Source: Gemmatimonadales bacterium (GTDB lineage Bacteria > Gemmatimonadota > Gemmatimonadetes > Gemmatimonadales > GWC2-71-9). Taken from it: a stretch of DNA of 63,485 bases. The notes beneath the pieces are model-generated. The model worked only from the letters and a program-made list of their open reading frames with translations. It made no database searches and was not told where the DNA came from. Where the stretch lies: NCBI GenBank assembly GCA_038321865.1, contig JBBQFH010000017.1:1-63485 (forward strand), read 5' to 3'. This document shows, piece by piece, positions 47,009 through 56,895 of this stretch. Positions within the stretch are counted from its first letter, which is position 1; each line of letters starts with the position of its first letter. The translations under genes and the position numbers were made by a program.

Positions 47009-47063
47009 AGGATACCGAACCGCGCGGAAAGACAGTCGGAAGACTCGATGAAAGAATCTTCAT
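47009..47063 (-). promoter_or_regulatory. Repeat-box promoter of the DUF542 operon
   Basis: ATGAAG-attc-TTTCAT-N5-CTTCCG-N5-CTTTCC-N11-TATCCT. Confidence 0.55.
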
Positions 47064-48712
47064 CAGGGGGTGTGGCGGATTCCCTCCACGAAGCGCTCGT
47101 AGCGCGCCACCTCCTGGGATACCCGGGCCGGATCCCAGCCGAGCTTCCGGCCGAGCAGCTCGGCCGCGCGGGGGGCCGCGCACACGCCGTGATCTGCCGT
47201 CTCGTAGAACAGGTGCACCCGGCGCACCAGCGCGTCCTCCACCGACTGCGCCATCTCCCGGCGCGCCGCATGGATCATCTCGGCGGCGATCGCCGGGTGG
47301 TCCGGATGGAGCCGCTCGAACAGCCGCCGGTCGGCGATCCCCAGGTTGATGATCCCGGCCGACTCGGTGCCGTAATGGCCCAGCAGGTGGTCGACGACGT
47401 CGGCCGGCAGCCCCACCGCGAGCGCGCGCTCGCGGAACCCGCTCAGATCGGACGTTTCGCTCCCGGGCAGCGGCTCGCGCGCGGTGCCTGATTCCCCGGG
47501 CCAGCCGCCCCGCCGCCGCCGGGGCAGGCGCCGGATCGCGTGATCCACCACGGCCGCGGCCATCGCGCGATAGGTCGTCAGCTTTCCTCCCGCGACCGTA
47601 ATCATTCCGGCGGCTCCATCCACGATCACATGCTCGCGCGAGTTGCTCGAGGCGGTGCCGGCGTCGTCCCGCACCAGCGGGCGAAGTCCGGCCCAGGTGG
47701 CGAGGACGTCCTCCTGGCCCAGATGGGCGGCGGGAAACCGCGCATTGACGGAGCGGAGGAGGTACAGCACGTCGTCCGGTCCCGCCGCGGCCCCCTCCGG
47801 CGCCTCGGCCGTCTCGGTGTCGGTGGTGCCGATATAGGAAAGGTCGCCCCAGGGAAGCAGGAACATGACCCGCCCGTCGATCGGGCTGAGAAAGATGATG
47901 GCGCGGTTGTGGCCGACGCGGTCGCGCCGCACCACGACGTGCACGCCCTTCGTGGTGCGCAGCAGCGGGCGCGCCTCGGACTCTTCCATCCGGCGTACGG
48001 TGTCGCTCCAGGGGCCGGTCGCGTTGATGACCGCCGCGGCCTCGACGGTGCCCCGTTCGCCGGTGACCCCATCCTCGATTTCGGCGCCGGCCACGCGGCC
48101 GTCGCGGAGGACGAGGCTGCGGACGCCGCAATAGTTGGCGACCAGCGCCCCGTACTGCATTGCCGACCGGGCGACGGCGATGACCAGGCGGGCGTCGTCG
48201 CATTGCGCATCGGCGTAGCGCGCGGCACCGTGGAGGCCGCGCTCGCGGAGCGTCGGCTCCAGCTCGAGGGTCCGCCGCCGGCCGAGGATGTGGCGGCCGT
48301 GGCCGTTCCGGAACAGGGCGAGGACGTCGTAGAGCCAGACGCCGGCGCCGATCTTCCAGAGGGGAAGCCGGTCGCCCAAGTGGATGGGGAAGAGGAACTC
48401 GAGCGGCCGCACCAGATGGGAGGCAGTGGCGAGGAGAATGCGCCGCTCGCGCGCGGCCTCGAAGATGAGGCCGAGCTGGCCCTGCTCGAGGTAGCGGAGC
48501 CCGCCGTGGATCAGGCGGCTCGACCGCGAGCTGGTGCCGCCGCCGAGGTCGCCCTGATCCACCAGGGCGACGGCCATGCCGCGCATCGCCGCGTCGCGGG
48601 CGATGCCGGCGCCGGTGATCCCGCCGCCGATCACCAGCAGGTCGAGCGGCTGCGCGGCCAGCGCGGCGACGGTCGCCCGTCGTGCGCCCGTCATACCTGG
48701 CGGAGCGTTCAA
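47063..48712 (-). CDS. glpD: FAD-dependent glycerol-3-phosphate dehydrogenase
   Basis: IGGGITGAG, TSSRSSRLIHGGLRYL, DDARL, NATGPW, AGLRPL, GGKLTTYR. Confidence 0.93.
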   Translation of the reverse strand: MNAPPGMTGARRATVAALAAQPLDLLVIGGGITGAGIARDAAMRGMAVALVDQGDLGGGTSSRSSRLIHGGLRYLEQGQLGLIFEAARERRILLATASHLVRPLEFLFPIHLGDRLPLWKIGAGVWLYDVLALFRNGHGRHILGRRRTLELEPTLRERGLHGAARYADAQCDDARLVIAVARSAMQYGALVANYCGVRSLVLRDGRVAGAEIEDGVTGERGTVEAAAVINATGPWSDTVRRMEESEARPLLRTTKGVHVVVRRDRVGHNRAIIFLSPIDGRVMFLLPWGDLSYIGTTDTETAEAPEGAAAGPDDVLYLLRSVNARFPAAHLGQEDVLATWAGLRPLVRDDAGTASSNSREHVIVDGAAGMITVAGGKLTTYRAMAAAVVDHAIRRLPRRRRGGWPGESGTAREPLPGSETSDLSGFRERALAVGLPADVVDHLLGHYGTESAGIINLGIADRRLFERLHPDHPAIAAEMIHAARREMAQSVEDALVRRVHLFYETADHGVCAAPRAAELLGRKLGWDPARVSQEVARYERFVEGIRHTP

Positions 48713-48761
48713 TTATCTTGACCGTGCGGGCATGCTGAAGAGTATACAGCGAAAGGATGTC

Positions 48762-50057
48762 ATGTCGACCGTTCCTCCATCCCGTCGCGCGGCGATCGTC
48801 GCAGGGGTGCGGACGCCTTTTGCGCGGAGCGGCACCATTCTCGGCGACGTGCCCGCCCTCACCCTGGCCCGTGAGGCGGTCAAGGAACTGCTCTACCGGA
48901 GCGAGCTGGACGGCGCCGAGGTGGACGAGGTGATCTGGGGCCAGGTCGTCGTGTCGGTGCTGACGCCGAACGTGGGCCGCGAGGTGAGTCTCCTGCCGCA
49001 GTTTCCCAGCAACGTGCCCGGCTACTCGCTCAACCGCGCCTGCGCGTCCGGCGCCCAGGCCTTCACCAACGCCGCCGACCAGATCGAGCGCGGCCACGCC
49101 GACGTGATCGTCGCCGGCGGCGTCGAGTCGCTCTCCGACATTCCCATCCTGCACTCCCGGCGCTTCAGCCGGACGCTGGTCGAGGCCGGGAAGGCGAAGT
49201 CGCTCGGCGGGCGGCTGGTGGCGTTCGGCAAGGTGCGCCCGCGCGACCTCATTCCGCTCACCCCCGCGATCTCCGAGCCCTCCACCGGCGAAACGATGGG
49301 CCAGTCGGCCGAGAAGATGGCGAAGGAGAACGGGATCACCCGCGAGGCGCAGGACCGGATCGCCCTGATGAGCCATCAGCGCGCGGCCGCCGCCACCGCG
49401 GACGGGCGGCTCACGGCGGAGATCATTCCGTGGTTCGGCGGGCGGAATCTGGACGAGGTCTCCACCAGCGACAACGGCATCCGGACCGACACCTCGCTCG
49501 AGGCGCTGGCCAAGCTCCGGCCGGTGTTCGACCGGAAGTACGGCACCGTCACCGCCGGCAATTCGTCCCCCCTCACCGACGGCGCTGCCGCCGTGCTGGT
49601 CATGGCCGACGAGAAGGCGCGCGCGCTGGGATACGAGCCGCTGGCCTATCTCCGGAGCTACGCGGTGACGGCGGTAGACCCGGGCTGGCAGCTGCTCATG
49701 GGGCCCGCGACCGCGGTCCCGAAGGCGCTCGCGCGCGCGGGGATCAGCTGGAACGAGCTCGGCCTGGTCGAAATTCACGAGGCCTTTGCGTCGCAGGTGC
49801 TGTCGAACGTACAGGCGTGGGGCTCGAAGGCGTGGGCCGACCGGCTGGGGCTCCCCGGTCCGGTGGGAGAGGTGGACTGGGACAGGACCAACGTCATGGG
49901 CGGGTCCATCGCCGTGGGCCATCCGTTCGCGGCCACTGGTGCCCGGCTCGTCACCCAGCTGGCGAACGAGATGCGCCGGCGCGACGTGCAGTTCGGGCTG
50001 ATCTCCATCTGCGCGCAGGGCGGAATGGGGTTCGCGATGGTCCTGGAGCGCACATGA
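48762..50057 (+). CDS. fadI: 3-ketoacyl-CoA thiolase
   Basis: NRACASG, GNSSPLTDGA, EIHEAFA, GHPFAATG, ICAQGGMG. Confidence 0.9.
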   Translation: MSTVPPSRRAAIVAGVRTPFARSGTILGDVPALTLAREAVKELLYRSELDGAEVDEVIWGQVVVSVLTPNVGREVSLLPQFPSNVPGYSLNRACASGAQAFTNAADQIERGHADVIVAGGVESLSDIPILHSRRFSRTLVEAGKAKSLGGRLVAFGKVRPRDLIPLTPAISEPSTGETMGQSAEKMAKENGITREAQDRIALMSHQRAAAATADGRLTAEIIPWFGGRNLDEVSTSDNGIRTDTSLEALAKLRPVFDRKYGTVTAGNSSPLTDGAAAVLVMADEKARALGYEPLAYLRSYAVTAVDPGWQLLMGPATAVPKALARAGISWNELGLVEIHEAFASQVLSNVQAWGSKAWADRLGLPGPVGEVDWDRTNVMGGSIAVGHPFAATGARLVTQLANEMRRRDVQFGLISICAQGGMGFAMVLERT

Positions 50058-52189
50058 GCGCCTTCGACATCGCCACCGACAACGGCATCGCCGTCCTCAC
50101 CTTCGACCTGCCGAACGAGCCGGTCAACAAGCTCAACGCCGCGGTCACCGTCGAGTTCGCGGCACTGCTGGAGCGCCTCCGGAACGACGGCGGGGTTCGC
50201 GCGGTAGTGCTCATCTCGGGCAAGCCGGACAGCTTCATCGCGGGCGCCGACATCGAGGAGTTCACCCGGCTCACGACCCAGCAGGACGCGGAGGCGCTGA
50301 GCCGCGAAGGGCAGGAGATGATGAACCGCGTCGAGGCCTTCCCCAAGCCCTTCATCGCAGCGATCAACGGCGCCTGCCTCGGCGGCGGCTTCGAGCTCGC
50401 GCTCGCCTGTCACTACCGGATCGCCACCGATGGCCCGAAGACGCAGATCGGCCTTCCCGAAGTCCAGCTCGGCCTGCTGCCCGGCGCAGGCGGGACGCAG
50501 CGGCTCCCGCGCCTGATCGGCGCGCGGGCGGCGCTCGACATCATCCTCGCCGGCAAGGCGGAGCGCGGCGGCAGGGCGTACAAGCTGGGCATGGTGGACG
50601 AGCTGGTGGCACCGCCGATCCTCCGGCAGGTGGCGCTTGCGGCGGCGGACCGGATCGCCCGCACCGGCGTGCCCCACCGCGATTCGAGAGGCGGGGCGGC
50701 GGCGGCACTGCTCGACCGGACACCGGTCGGGCGCCGCCTCGTATACAAGGAAGCGCGGAAGACGGTCCTCAGGAAAACCGGCGCGCACTATCCGGCGCCG
50801 CTGGCCGCGCTCGAATCAGTGCGGATCGGGCTGGAGCACGGCATGGAGGCGGGCCTCGCGGATGAGCGCCGCCGCTTCGGCGAGCTCGCCGTCGGCGACG
50901 TGTCGCGAAAGCTCGTGCAGATCTTTTTCGCCACCACCTCACTCAAGAAGGACGATGGCGTTCGCGATGCGGCTGCTGCGGACGTCAGGCCGGTGCGGCG
51001 CCTCTGCGTCATCGGCGCCGGGTTCATGGGCGCGGGTATCGCCGGAACGGCGATTCTCAACGCCGAGGTTGAAGTGCGGCTCAAGGACGCCGAGCTGCCG
51101 CGGGTGGGGAAGGGAATCAAGGCGGCCGCCTCGATCCTCGATGAGCGGCTCAGGCGTCGGCGCCTGACCCGTCCAGCGCACCAGCGGCTGGTCGCGCTGC
51201 TGAGCGGCGCGGCCGATTTCAGCGGATTCACCCGCGCCGACCTGGTGATCGAGGCGGTGTTCGAGGACCTGAAGGTGAAGCGTCAGGTGCTCGCCGAAGC
51301 CGAGCGCGAGCTCAGGCCGGATGCGGTGTTCGCCACCAATACGTCCACGATCCCGATCGCCGATATCGCCGCGGGCGCGGCGCACCCGGAGCGGGTGATC
51401 GGCATGCACTTCTTCTCGCCGGTGGAGAAGATGCCGCTGCTGGAGATCATCCCGCACGCCGGCACCTCGGCGGCGGCGATCGTCACGGCGGCGCGCTTCG
51501 GGCGGAAGATGGGGAAGACGGTCATCGTGGTGGCGGACCGGCCCGGGTTCTGGGTCAACCGGATCCTCACGCCGTATCTCAACGAGGCGGGGCTGCTGCT
51601 CGCCGAAGGCGTCCCGGTCGAGCTGATCGATCAGACGATGACGCGCTTCGGCTTTCCGGTGGGTCCCGTGGCGCTGCTGGACGAAGTGGGGCTGGACGTG
51701 GGGCAGAAGGCGGCGAGCGTGATGCGCGCGGCGTACGGCGCGCGTTTCGAGCCGTCGCATGTCGTGGACCGGATGGTGGCCGACCAGCGCCTGGGGCGGA
51801 AGAACGGCCGCGGCTTCTACCGGTACGAGGACGGGAAGAAGCAGGGCGTGGACGCCGGTGCCTACGCCGTGATCGGCGTGCGTCCCAGGGACGCGGGTGT
51901 GTCACCGACGATGGTCGAGCAGCGGCTGCTCTACGCCATGCTGAACGAGGCCGCGATGGCGGCGTCGGAGGACGTCGTGCGCTCCCCGCGCGACGGCGAT
52001 ATCGGCGCGATCTTCGGCATCGGCTTCCCGCCGTTCCGCGGCGGCCCGCTCCGCATGCTGGACGATCTCGGGCCCCGGCGCGTGGTGGAGGTGCTGCAGG
52101 AGCTCGCGTCCGCCTACGGCGAGCGGTTCACGCCGGCGCCGTCGCTGGTGGCGATGGCCGCCGACGGGCGGAAATTCTATCCCGGCTGA
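50054..52189 (+). CDS. fadJ: Fatty acid oxidation complex alpha subunit (enoyl-CoA hydratase / 3-hydroxyacyl-CoA dehydrogenase)
   Basis: [44 protein letters not shown]. Confidence 0.92.
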   Translation: MSAFDIATDNGIAVLTFDLPNEPVNKLNAAVTVEFAALLERLRNDGGVRAVVLISGKPDSFIAGADIEEFTRLTTQQDAEALSREGQEMMNRVEAFPKPFIAAINGACLGGGFELALACHYRIATDGPKTQIGLPEVQLGLLPGAGGTQRLPRLIGARAALDIILAGKAERGGRAYKLGMVDELVAPPILRQVALAAADRIARTGVPHRDSRGGAAAALLDRTPVGRRLVYKEARKTVLRKTGAHYPAPLAALESVRIGLEHGMEAGLADERRRFGELAVGDVSRKLVQIFFATTSLKKDDGVRDAAAADVRPVRRLCVIGAGFMGAGIAGTAILNAEVEVRLKDAELPRVGKGIKAAASILDERLRRRRLTRPAHQRLVALLSGAADFSGFTRADLVIEAVFEDLKVKRQVLAEAERELRPDAVFATNTSTIPIADIAAGAAHPERVIGMHFFSPVEKMPLLEIIPHAGTSAAAIVTAARFGRKMGKTVIVVADRPGFWVNRILTPYLNEAGLLLAEGVPVELIDQTMTRFGFPVGPVALLDEVGLDVGQKAASVMRAAYGARFEPSHVVDRMVADQRLGRKNGRGFYRYEDGKKQGVDAGAYAVIGVRPRDAGVSPTMVEQRLLYAMLNEAAMAASEDVVRSPRDGDIGAIFGIGFPPFRGGPLRMLDDLGPRRVVEVLQELASAYGERFTPAPSLVAMAADGRKFYPG

Positions 52190-52340
52190 GTCCCGTCCCG
52201 CCGACTTCGGCCGGATCCTGGCCGAACTGGAGGTCGACACCGGCGCGGATGCGGGGACGGCGTTCGTCCGGCTGATCGCGGATTATCTCGAGCGCACCCG
52301 GGGGGAGGATGGCCCGGTCTCGAGCCGGCTCACACCCGAG

Positions 52341-53645
52341 GTGCTGGCGGAAAGGTTCGACGAGCCGCTGCCGGCCGACGGGCGGCCGCTCGACGACGTG
52401 CTCGCCCGCGTCGCCCGCGACATCCTGCCCGACGTCAACCGCCTGTCCCATCCGATGTACATGGGTCACCAGGTCTCGGCGCCCCTCGCGGCGGCCGTCT
52501 GGGCCGAGGCGCTCAAGGCGGCGATCAACAACTCCGCCGCCGTGCGCGAGATGTCGCCGGCGGGCACGCTGCTCGAGGCGCGCGTCGTCCGCTGGATGTG
52601 CCAGCTCGCGGGACTCGGCGCCGGCTCGGGCGGGACGTTCACCTCGGGTGGCACCGAGGCGACCTTCACCGCGCTCCTCGCCGCGCGGGCCCGGGCGCTG
52701 CCCGACGCCTGGCGCGACGGGGTGGGCGCGACGCCCCCGGTCGTCGTCTGCGGTGAGCACGCCCACTACGCGGTCACGCGCGCGGTCGGCGAGCTGGGCC
52801 TCGGCGTCAGTCGGGCGATCGCGATTCCGTCGCGCGACAACCGGATGGACACCGGCGCGCTCCGCGCCCGGCTCGACGGCCTTTCCCGCGCCGGCACGCC
52901 GGTGATGGCCGTGGTGGCCACTGCGGGGTCCACCGCCACCGGCTCCTTCGACGACCTCGAGACGATTGGCGCGCTCTGCGACGAGCGTGACCTGTGGCTG
53001 CACGTGGACGGCGCGCACGGCGCGTCGGCGCTGTTCTCCGATCGCGACCGCCACCGGCTCCGTGGCATCGGCCGCGCGCGCTCGATCGCGTGGGATCCGC
53101 ACAAGATGATGCTGATGCCGCTCGGCACCGGCATGCTGCTGGTGCGCGAGGAATCGGATCTCGAGCGCGCCTTTGCCCAGCGGGCGCCCTATCTCTTCCA
53201 CGGCGACGGCGGCCATGTCTGGGACCAGGGCGTGCGCAGCTTCCAGTGCTCCCGCCCGGTCGACGTGCTCAAGGTCTGGGTCGCGCTGCAGCGCTACGGG
53301 ACGAGGGGCATCGCCGCGCTGCACGATCATCTGTGCGACGTGGCGCGCTCGCTCTGGTCCGCCATCGGCGCGCGCGCCGATTTCGTCGCGCTGCACGAAC
53401 CGGAGTCGAACATCCTCTGCTTCCGCTACGTGCGGCCTGGCCTCGACGACGATGCACTGGACTCGCTCAACCGCCGGCTCCGCGAGGCGTACAACGAGTC
53501 GGGGGCGGGGTGGATCACGACGACGGTGCTGGGCGGCCGGAGAGTGCTTCGCGTCACCATCATGAATCCGCGCACCACCACGGCGCACGCGGCCGCCCTG
53601 CTCGACGGGCTGGCGCACACCGCGCGCGCCCTCCCGCCGGCGTGA
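52341..53645 (+). CDS. Group II PLP-dependent amino acid decarboxylase; N-terminus probably extends to about 52180
   Basis: YMGHQ, TSGGTEA, AHY, HVDGAHG, WDPHK. Confidence 0.9.
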   Translation: MLAERFDEPLPADGRPLDDVLARVARDILPDVNRLSHPMYMGHQVSAPLAAAVWAEALKAAINNSAAVREMSPAGTLLEARVVRWMCQLAGLGAGSGGTFTSGGTEATFTALLAARARALPDAWRDGVGATPPVVVCGEHAHYAVTRAVGELGLGVSRAIAIPSRDNRMDTGALRARLDGLSRAGTPVMAVVATAGSTATGSFDDLETIGALCDERDLWLHVDGAHGASALFSDRDRHRLRGIGRARSIAWDPHKMMLMPLGTGMLLVREESDLERAFAQRAPYLFHGDGGHVWDQGVRSFQCSRPVDVLKVWVALQRYGTRGIAALHDHLCDVARSLWSAIGARADFVALHEPESNILCFRYVRPGLDDDALDSLNRRLREAYNESGAGWITTTVLGGRRVLRVTIMNPRTTTAHAAALLDGLAHTARALPPA

Positions 53646-55138
53646 CCCGCGCCCGCTTCGCCGCCGCGCTCGGCCTCGGCGCGCTCGCCTTTGCCGCGGT
53701 GCTCTATGTGACCGCGCCGCCGGCGCCGGGACTCGATCCCGACGCGATGTCATACGCCGGTGCCGGGGAATCGCTCGCGCGCGCCGGCCGGCTCCGGATT
53801 CCCGATGCCGACTGGTGGGAGGCGGACAGCACGGCGGCGCTGGCGCAGTTCCCGGCGGGGTTTCCGGTGGCGATCGCCGTCGTGATCCGGGCGGGCGCCT
53901 CACCGGTGCAGGCCGCGCGGCTGGTGGAGGCCGCGTCCGCTGCGCTGCTCGCGATGGTGCTGGTGCTGCTGCTCGACATGACGGCCGGCCCGCCGGCGGG
54001 ACTGCTCGCGCTGCTGCTGCTCGCTGCCACCCCCGCCATGTTCGACAACTACATCCGGGTGTTGAGCGAGCCGCTGTTCCTCGCCTGCCTGGTGCTGGCG
54101 CTCGCCGCGATGGTGCGCCGGCCGGACCGGCCCTGGCTCGCCGGGGCGGCGGCGGCGGCGGCCGAGCTGGTGCGGTACAGCGGCGTGTCGATCGGGGTGG
54201 CCGCGGTGCTCTGGGCGGTGGGGCGATCGGGAGGCTGGCGGAGCCGGCTCGAGCGCGGGCTCGAAGCGGCACTCCCCATCGTGGCGGCCCGCACCTGGTG
54301 GGCCGTCCGGCTCCACGCGCAGGGCGCCTCGGCGCCGGCGGTAACACACCTCCAGCACGGCGTGCCGGCGACGCTCCGCGAGGGATTCCACAGCATCGTC
54401 GAGTGGCTCACGCCGTCGGTCGGCGCCGGGCCGTCGCGCACGGCGCTGGCGCTGGTCATCGCCGCCGCGGCGGTCTGGCTGATCCGGCGCGCGTGGCGCC
54501 GGATGCCGAGCGACGGCCGGGCGACCGGCCGGCGGCAGCTGTACAACGCGTCCGCACTGCTGGCGGTCTGCTACGGCGGCGTGCTGCTCTTTTCCCGCGC
54601 GTTCGTCGGCGGCGGCATCCCGTTCGACGAGCGGCTGCTGTCGCCCCTCTTCCTGCTCGCGACGATCGTCTTGTCGGCCTGCGTCCGGATCCGGTGGCCC
54701 GCGTGGAGCGGGACGATGCGGACTGCCGCTGCCACGGTCCTCGCGGCGTGGGCGGCGGGCGGTGCGCTGGTAAACCTCGATCAGCTTCAGGGTCTGCAGG
54801 ATGATGGCTGGGGCTATTCCAGCCGTGAATGGCAGCCGTCGCCGGAGCAGCGCTGGCTCCGCGAGACCGGAGCCCGCCACAGCCTGTTTTCCAACAACCC
54901 GATGCTGGTCTACTTTCTCACGGGCCGGCCGTCGCGCGAGCTGCCGGACACGGCGGACGCCGGCACGCTGACCGATTTCGGCGGGACGCTCGAGGAGAGC
55001 CGCGGCGTGGTGATCGGATTCGACGAAGGCTACCGCCGGATGGATCCGCCGGAGTTTCTGGCCGCCGTGCTCGGTCTCCGTCTCGTCGCGCGGTTCGAGC
55101 ACCTCACCGTGTGGGCCCCCGCCGAGGAGACGCCCTGA
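53642..55138 (+). CDS. Polytopic membrane protein (GT-C/ArnT-like)
   Basis: PDAMSY, FPAGFP, LSEPLF, VRYSG; many TM helices. Confidence 0.6.
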   Translation: MTRARFAAALGLGALAFAAVLYVTAPPAPGLDPDAMSYAGAGESLARAGRLRIPDADWWEADSTAALAQFPAGFPVAIAVVIRAGASPVQAARLVEAASAALLAMVLVLLLDMTAGPPAGLLALLLLAATPAMFDNYIRVLSEPLFLACLVLALAAMVRRPDRPWLAGAAAAAAELVRYSGVSIGVAAVLWAVGRSGGWRSRLERGLEAALPIVAARTWWAVRLHAQGASAPAVTHLQHGVPATLREGFHSIVEWLTPSVGAGPSRTALALVIAAAAVWLIRRAWRRMPSDGRATGRRQLYNASALLAVCYGGVLLFSRAFVGGGIPFDERLLSPLFLLATIVLSACVRIRWPAWSGTMRTAAATVLAAWAAGGALVNLDQLQGLQDDGWGYSSREWQPSPEQRWLRETGARHSLFSNNPMLVYFLTGRPSRELPDTADAGTLTDFGGTLEESRGVVIGFDEGYRRMDPPEFLAAVLGLRLVARFEHLTVWAPAEETP

Positions 55139-56286
55139 TGCGCCCGGTACCCGATCTGGGGCTGCTGTCGCCCGCCGATCTCGAGAGTGCGCCACTGGCA
55201 CGGGCCGACACGATTCCGTCGGCGTGGTACACCGATCCCGCCTTTCACGCGATCGACAGCGAGCTGGTGCTCGCGCGAAGCTGGCAGGCGGTGGGACACG
55301 CGGCGCAGGTCGCGCGCGAGGGCCAGTACCTCGTGGCGACGGTGGCGGATGATCCGGTGATCGTCGTCCGCGGCCGGGACGGCGCGCTGCGCGCGTTCTT
55401 CAACGTCTGTCGCCATCGCGGCGGCCCGCTCGCCCTGGAGGACGGCTGCGCCAGGGCGCTCCAGTGCAAGTATCACGGCTGGACCTACCTGCTCGACGGG
55501 ACGCTGCGCGGCGTCCCGGCGATGGACCGCACCGAGCTCTTCGACCGGGCGGATTTCAGCCTGGTACCGCTCCGGGTGGAAAGCTGGCAGGGGCTGGTCT
55601 TCGTGAATCTCGATCCGTCGGCCGAGCCGCTGGATCGGTGCGTGGCGGGGATCGCGGAGCGGATCGCCCCGATGCGGCTGGACGCGCTCACCTTTGCCCG
55701 CGAGGTGCGCTACGAGGTGGCCGCCAACTGGAAGGTCTACGTCGACAACTTCCTCGAGGGGTATCACGTTCCGTACGTCCATCCGGAGCTGGTGAAGCTC
55801 TACGACTACCAGAACTACGCCACCGAGGTGTTCGACCGGTACTCGCTGCAGTACTCCCCGCTGACCGGGGACAACACCCTCTACAGCCGGGACGGCGGCG
55901 GCGACGCCTTCTACTACTGTCTGTTCCCCAACTTCATGCTGAACATCCTGCCGGGCCGGCTGCAGACCAACCTCGTGCGCCCGCTCGGTCACGATCGGTG
56001 CGAGGTCGTGTTCCGCTACTTCTACGACGACGTCGAGTCTCCGGCGGCCCGGGCGCGCATCGCCGCCGATCTGGCGTACAGCGACGGCGTGCAGGCCGAG
56101 GATGCCGAGATTTGTGCGCGGGTGCAGCAGGGGCTGGCGTCGCGGGCGTACGATCGCGGACGGTTTTCGGTGAAGTACGAGGCGGGGGTGTATCACTTCC
56201 AGCAGCTGCTCAAGCAGGCGTATCACGCGGGGCTCGCGCGGGCGGGGGGCGTGCGATCCGCCCCGCCGCCACTGGTGCGCGACTAG
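55138..56286 (+). CDS. Rieske oxygenase alpha subunit (choline monooxygenase-like)
   Basis: CRH...CKYH Rieske motif; NWK...NFLEGYHVPYVH mononuclear Fe site. Confidence 0.9.
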   Translation: MRPVPDLGLLSPADLESAPLARADTIPSAWYTDPAFHAIDSELVLARSWQAVGHAAQVAREGQYLVATVADDPVIVVRGRDGALRAFFNVCRHRGGPLALEDGCARALQCKYHGWTYLLDGTLRGVPAMDRTELFDRADFSLVPLRVESWQGLVFVNLDPSAEPLDRCVAGIAERIAPMRLDALTFAREVRYEVAANWKVYVDNFLEGYHVPYVHPELVKLYDYQNYATEVFDRYSLQYSPLTGDNTLYSRDGGGDAFYYCLFPNFMLNILPGRLQTNLVRPLGHDRCEVVFRYFYDDVESPAARARIAADLAYSDGVQAEDAEICARVQQGLASRAYDRGRFSVKYEAGVYHFQQLLKQAYHAGLARAGGVRSAPPPLVRD

Positions 56287-56798
56287 ATCCCGATCGGCTC
56301 CGGCGACCCGTCGGGGCCGACGCCGCGATCGGGCTCGACCGTGGCGGCCCGCCGGGCCGGCCGCGGGGTCCGCTTCCGGTCTTCGGCGCGGCGTTCGGAG
56401 GCGTCGGCGACGGCATTGAGTGCCGCCCGTCCTGCCGCCCGGAGTGCCATCCCGGCCGCCGCACCCGCCACGGCTCGCACCGCCGACTTGTTCTTCTTGC
56501 TCCGCGCCACTTCGCGGACGATCCGGATGGTGGCATCCGCGGCATCACGGGAGCCGCTGCGGGCCGCCTTGCCGGCGGCGTCGCCCAGCTTCACGCCGCG
56601 CTTCCGGGCCTGCTTCGCCAGCGCCGACGTTTCCTTCTCGACCTTTTTCCCGACCCGCTTCGCGCTCTTGCCGGCCCCCTTGGCCAGGTCCTTCGCGGCG
56701 GCCCGGGTCTTCTTGCGCGCGTTCTTGTTCAGCATGACGGCGGCGCCGGCGATAGCACCCACGGCGGCCACCTTGGCGATCTTGCTCTTGAGGCTCAC
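56283..56798 (-). CDS. Ala/Lys-rich basic hypothetical protein
   Basis: GTG after GGAGG; N-terminal hydrophobic stretch, low complexity. Confidence 0.55.
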   Translation of the reverse strand: MSLKSKIAKVAAVGAIAGAAVMLNKNARKKTRAAAKDLAKGAGKSAKRVGKKVEKETSALAKQARKRGVKLGDAAGKAARSGSRDAADATIRIVREVARSKKNKSAVRAVAGAAAGMALRAAGRAALNAVADASERRAEDRKRTPRPARRAATVEPDRGVGPDGSPEPIGI

Positions 56799-56895
56799 GC
56801 TTCCTCCCGCATCACGGTTGACCCCTGTCCCGCACGATTTCCCCCCACCATAGTCTGCCGCGGCGGACCGCCGCAGCGACGCAGGTCACGTCGGC

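Noticed and set aside
46641..49922. Very long alternative-frame ORFs (e.g. 1093 aa here, 929 aa at 4347, 772 aa at 5089, 715 aa at 24340)
   Set aside because: Arg/Pro/Gly-rich shadows of real genes, expected in high-GC DNA with few stop codons.
56283..56798. Histone H1-like nucleoid protein
   Set aside because: Only compositional similarity; the N-terminal hydrophobic segment argues against a confident call.
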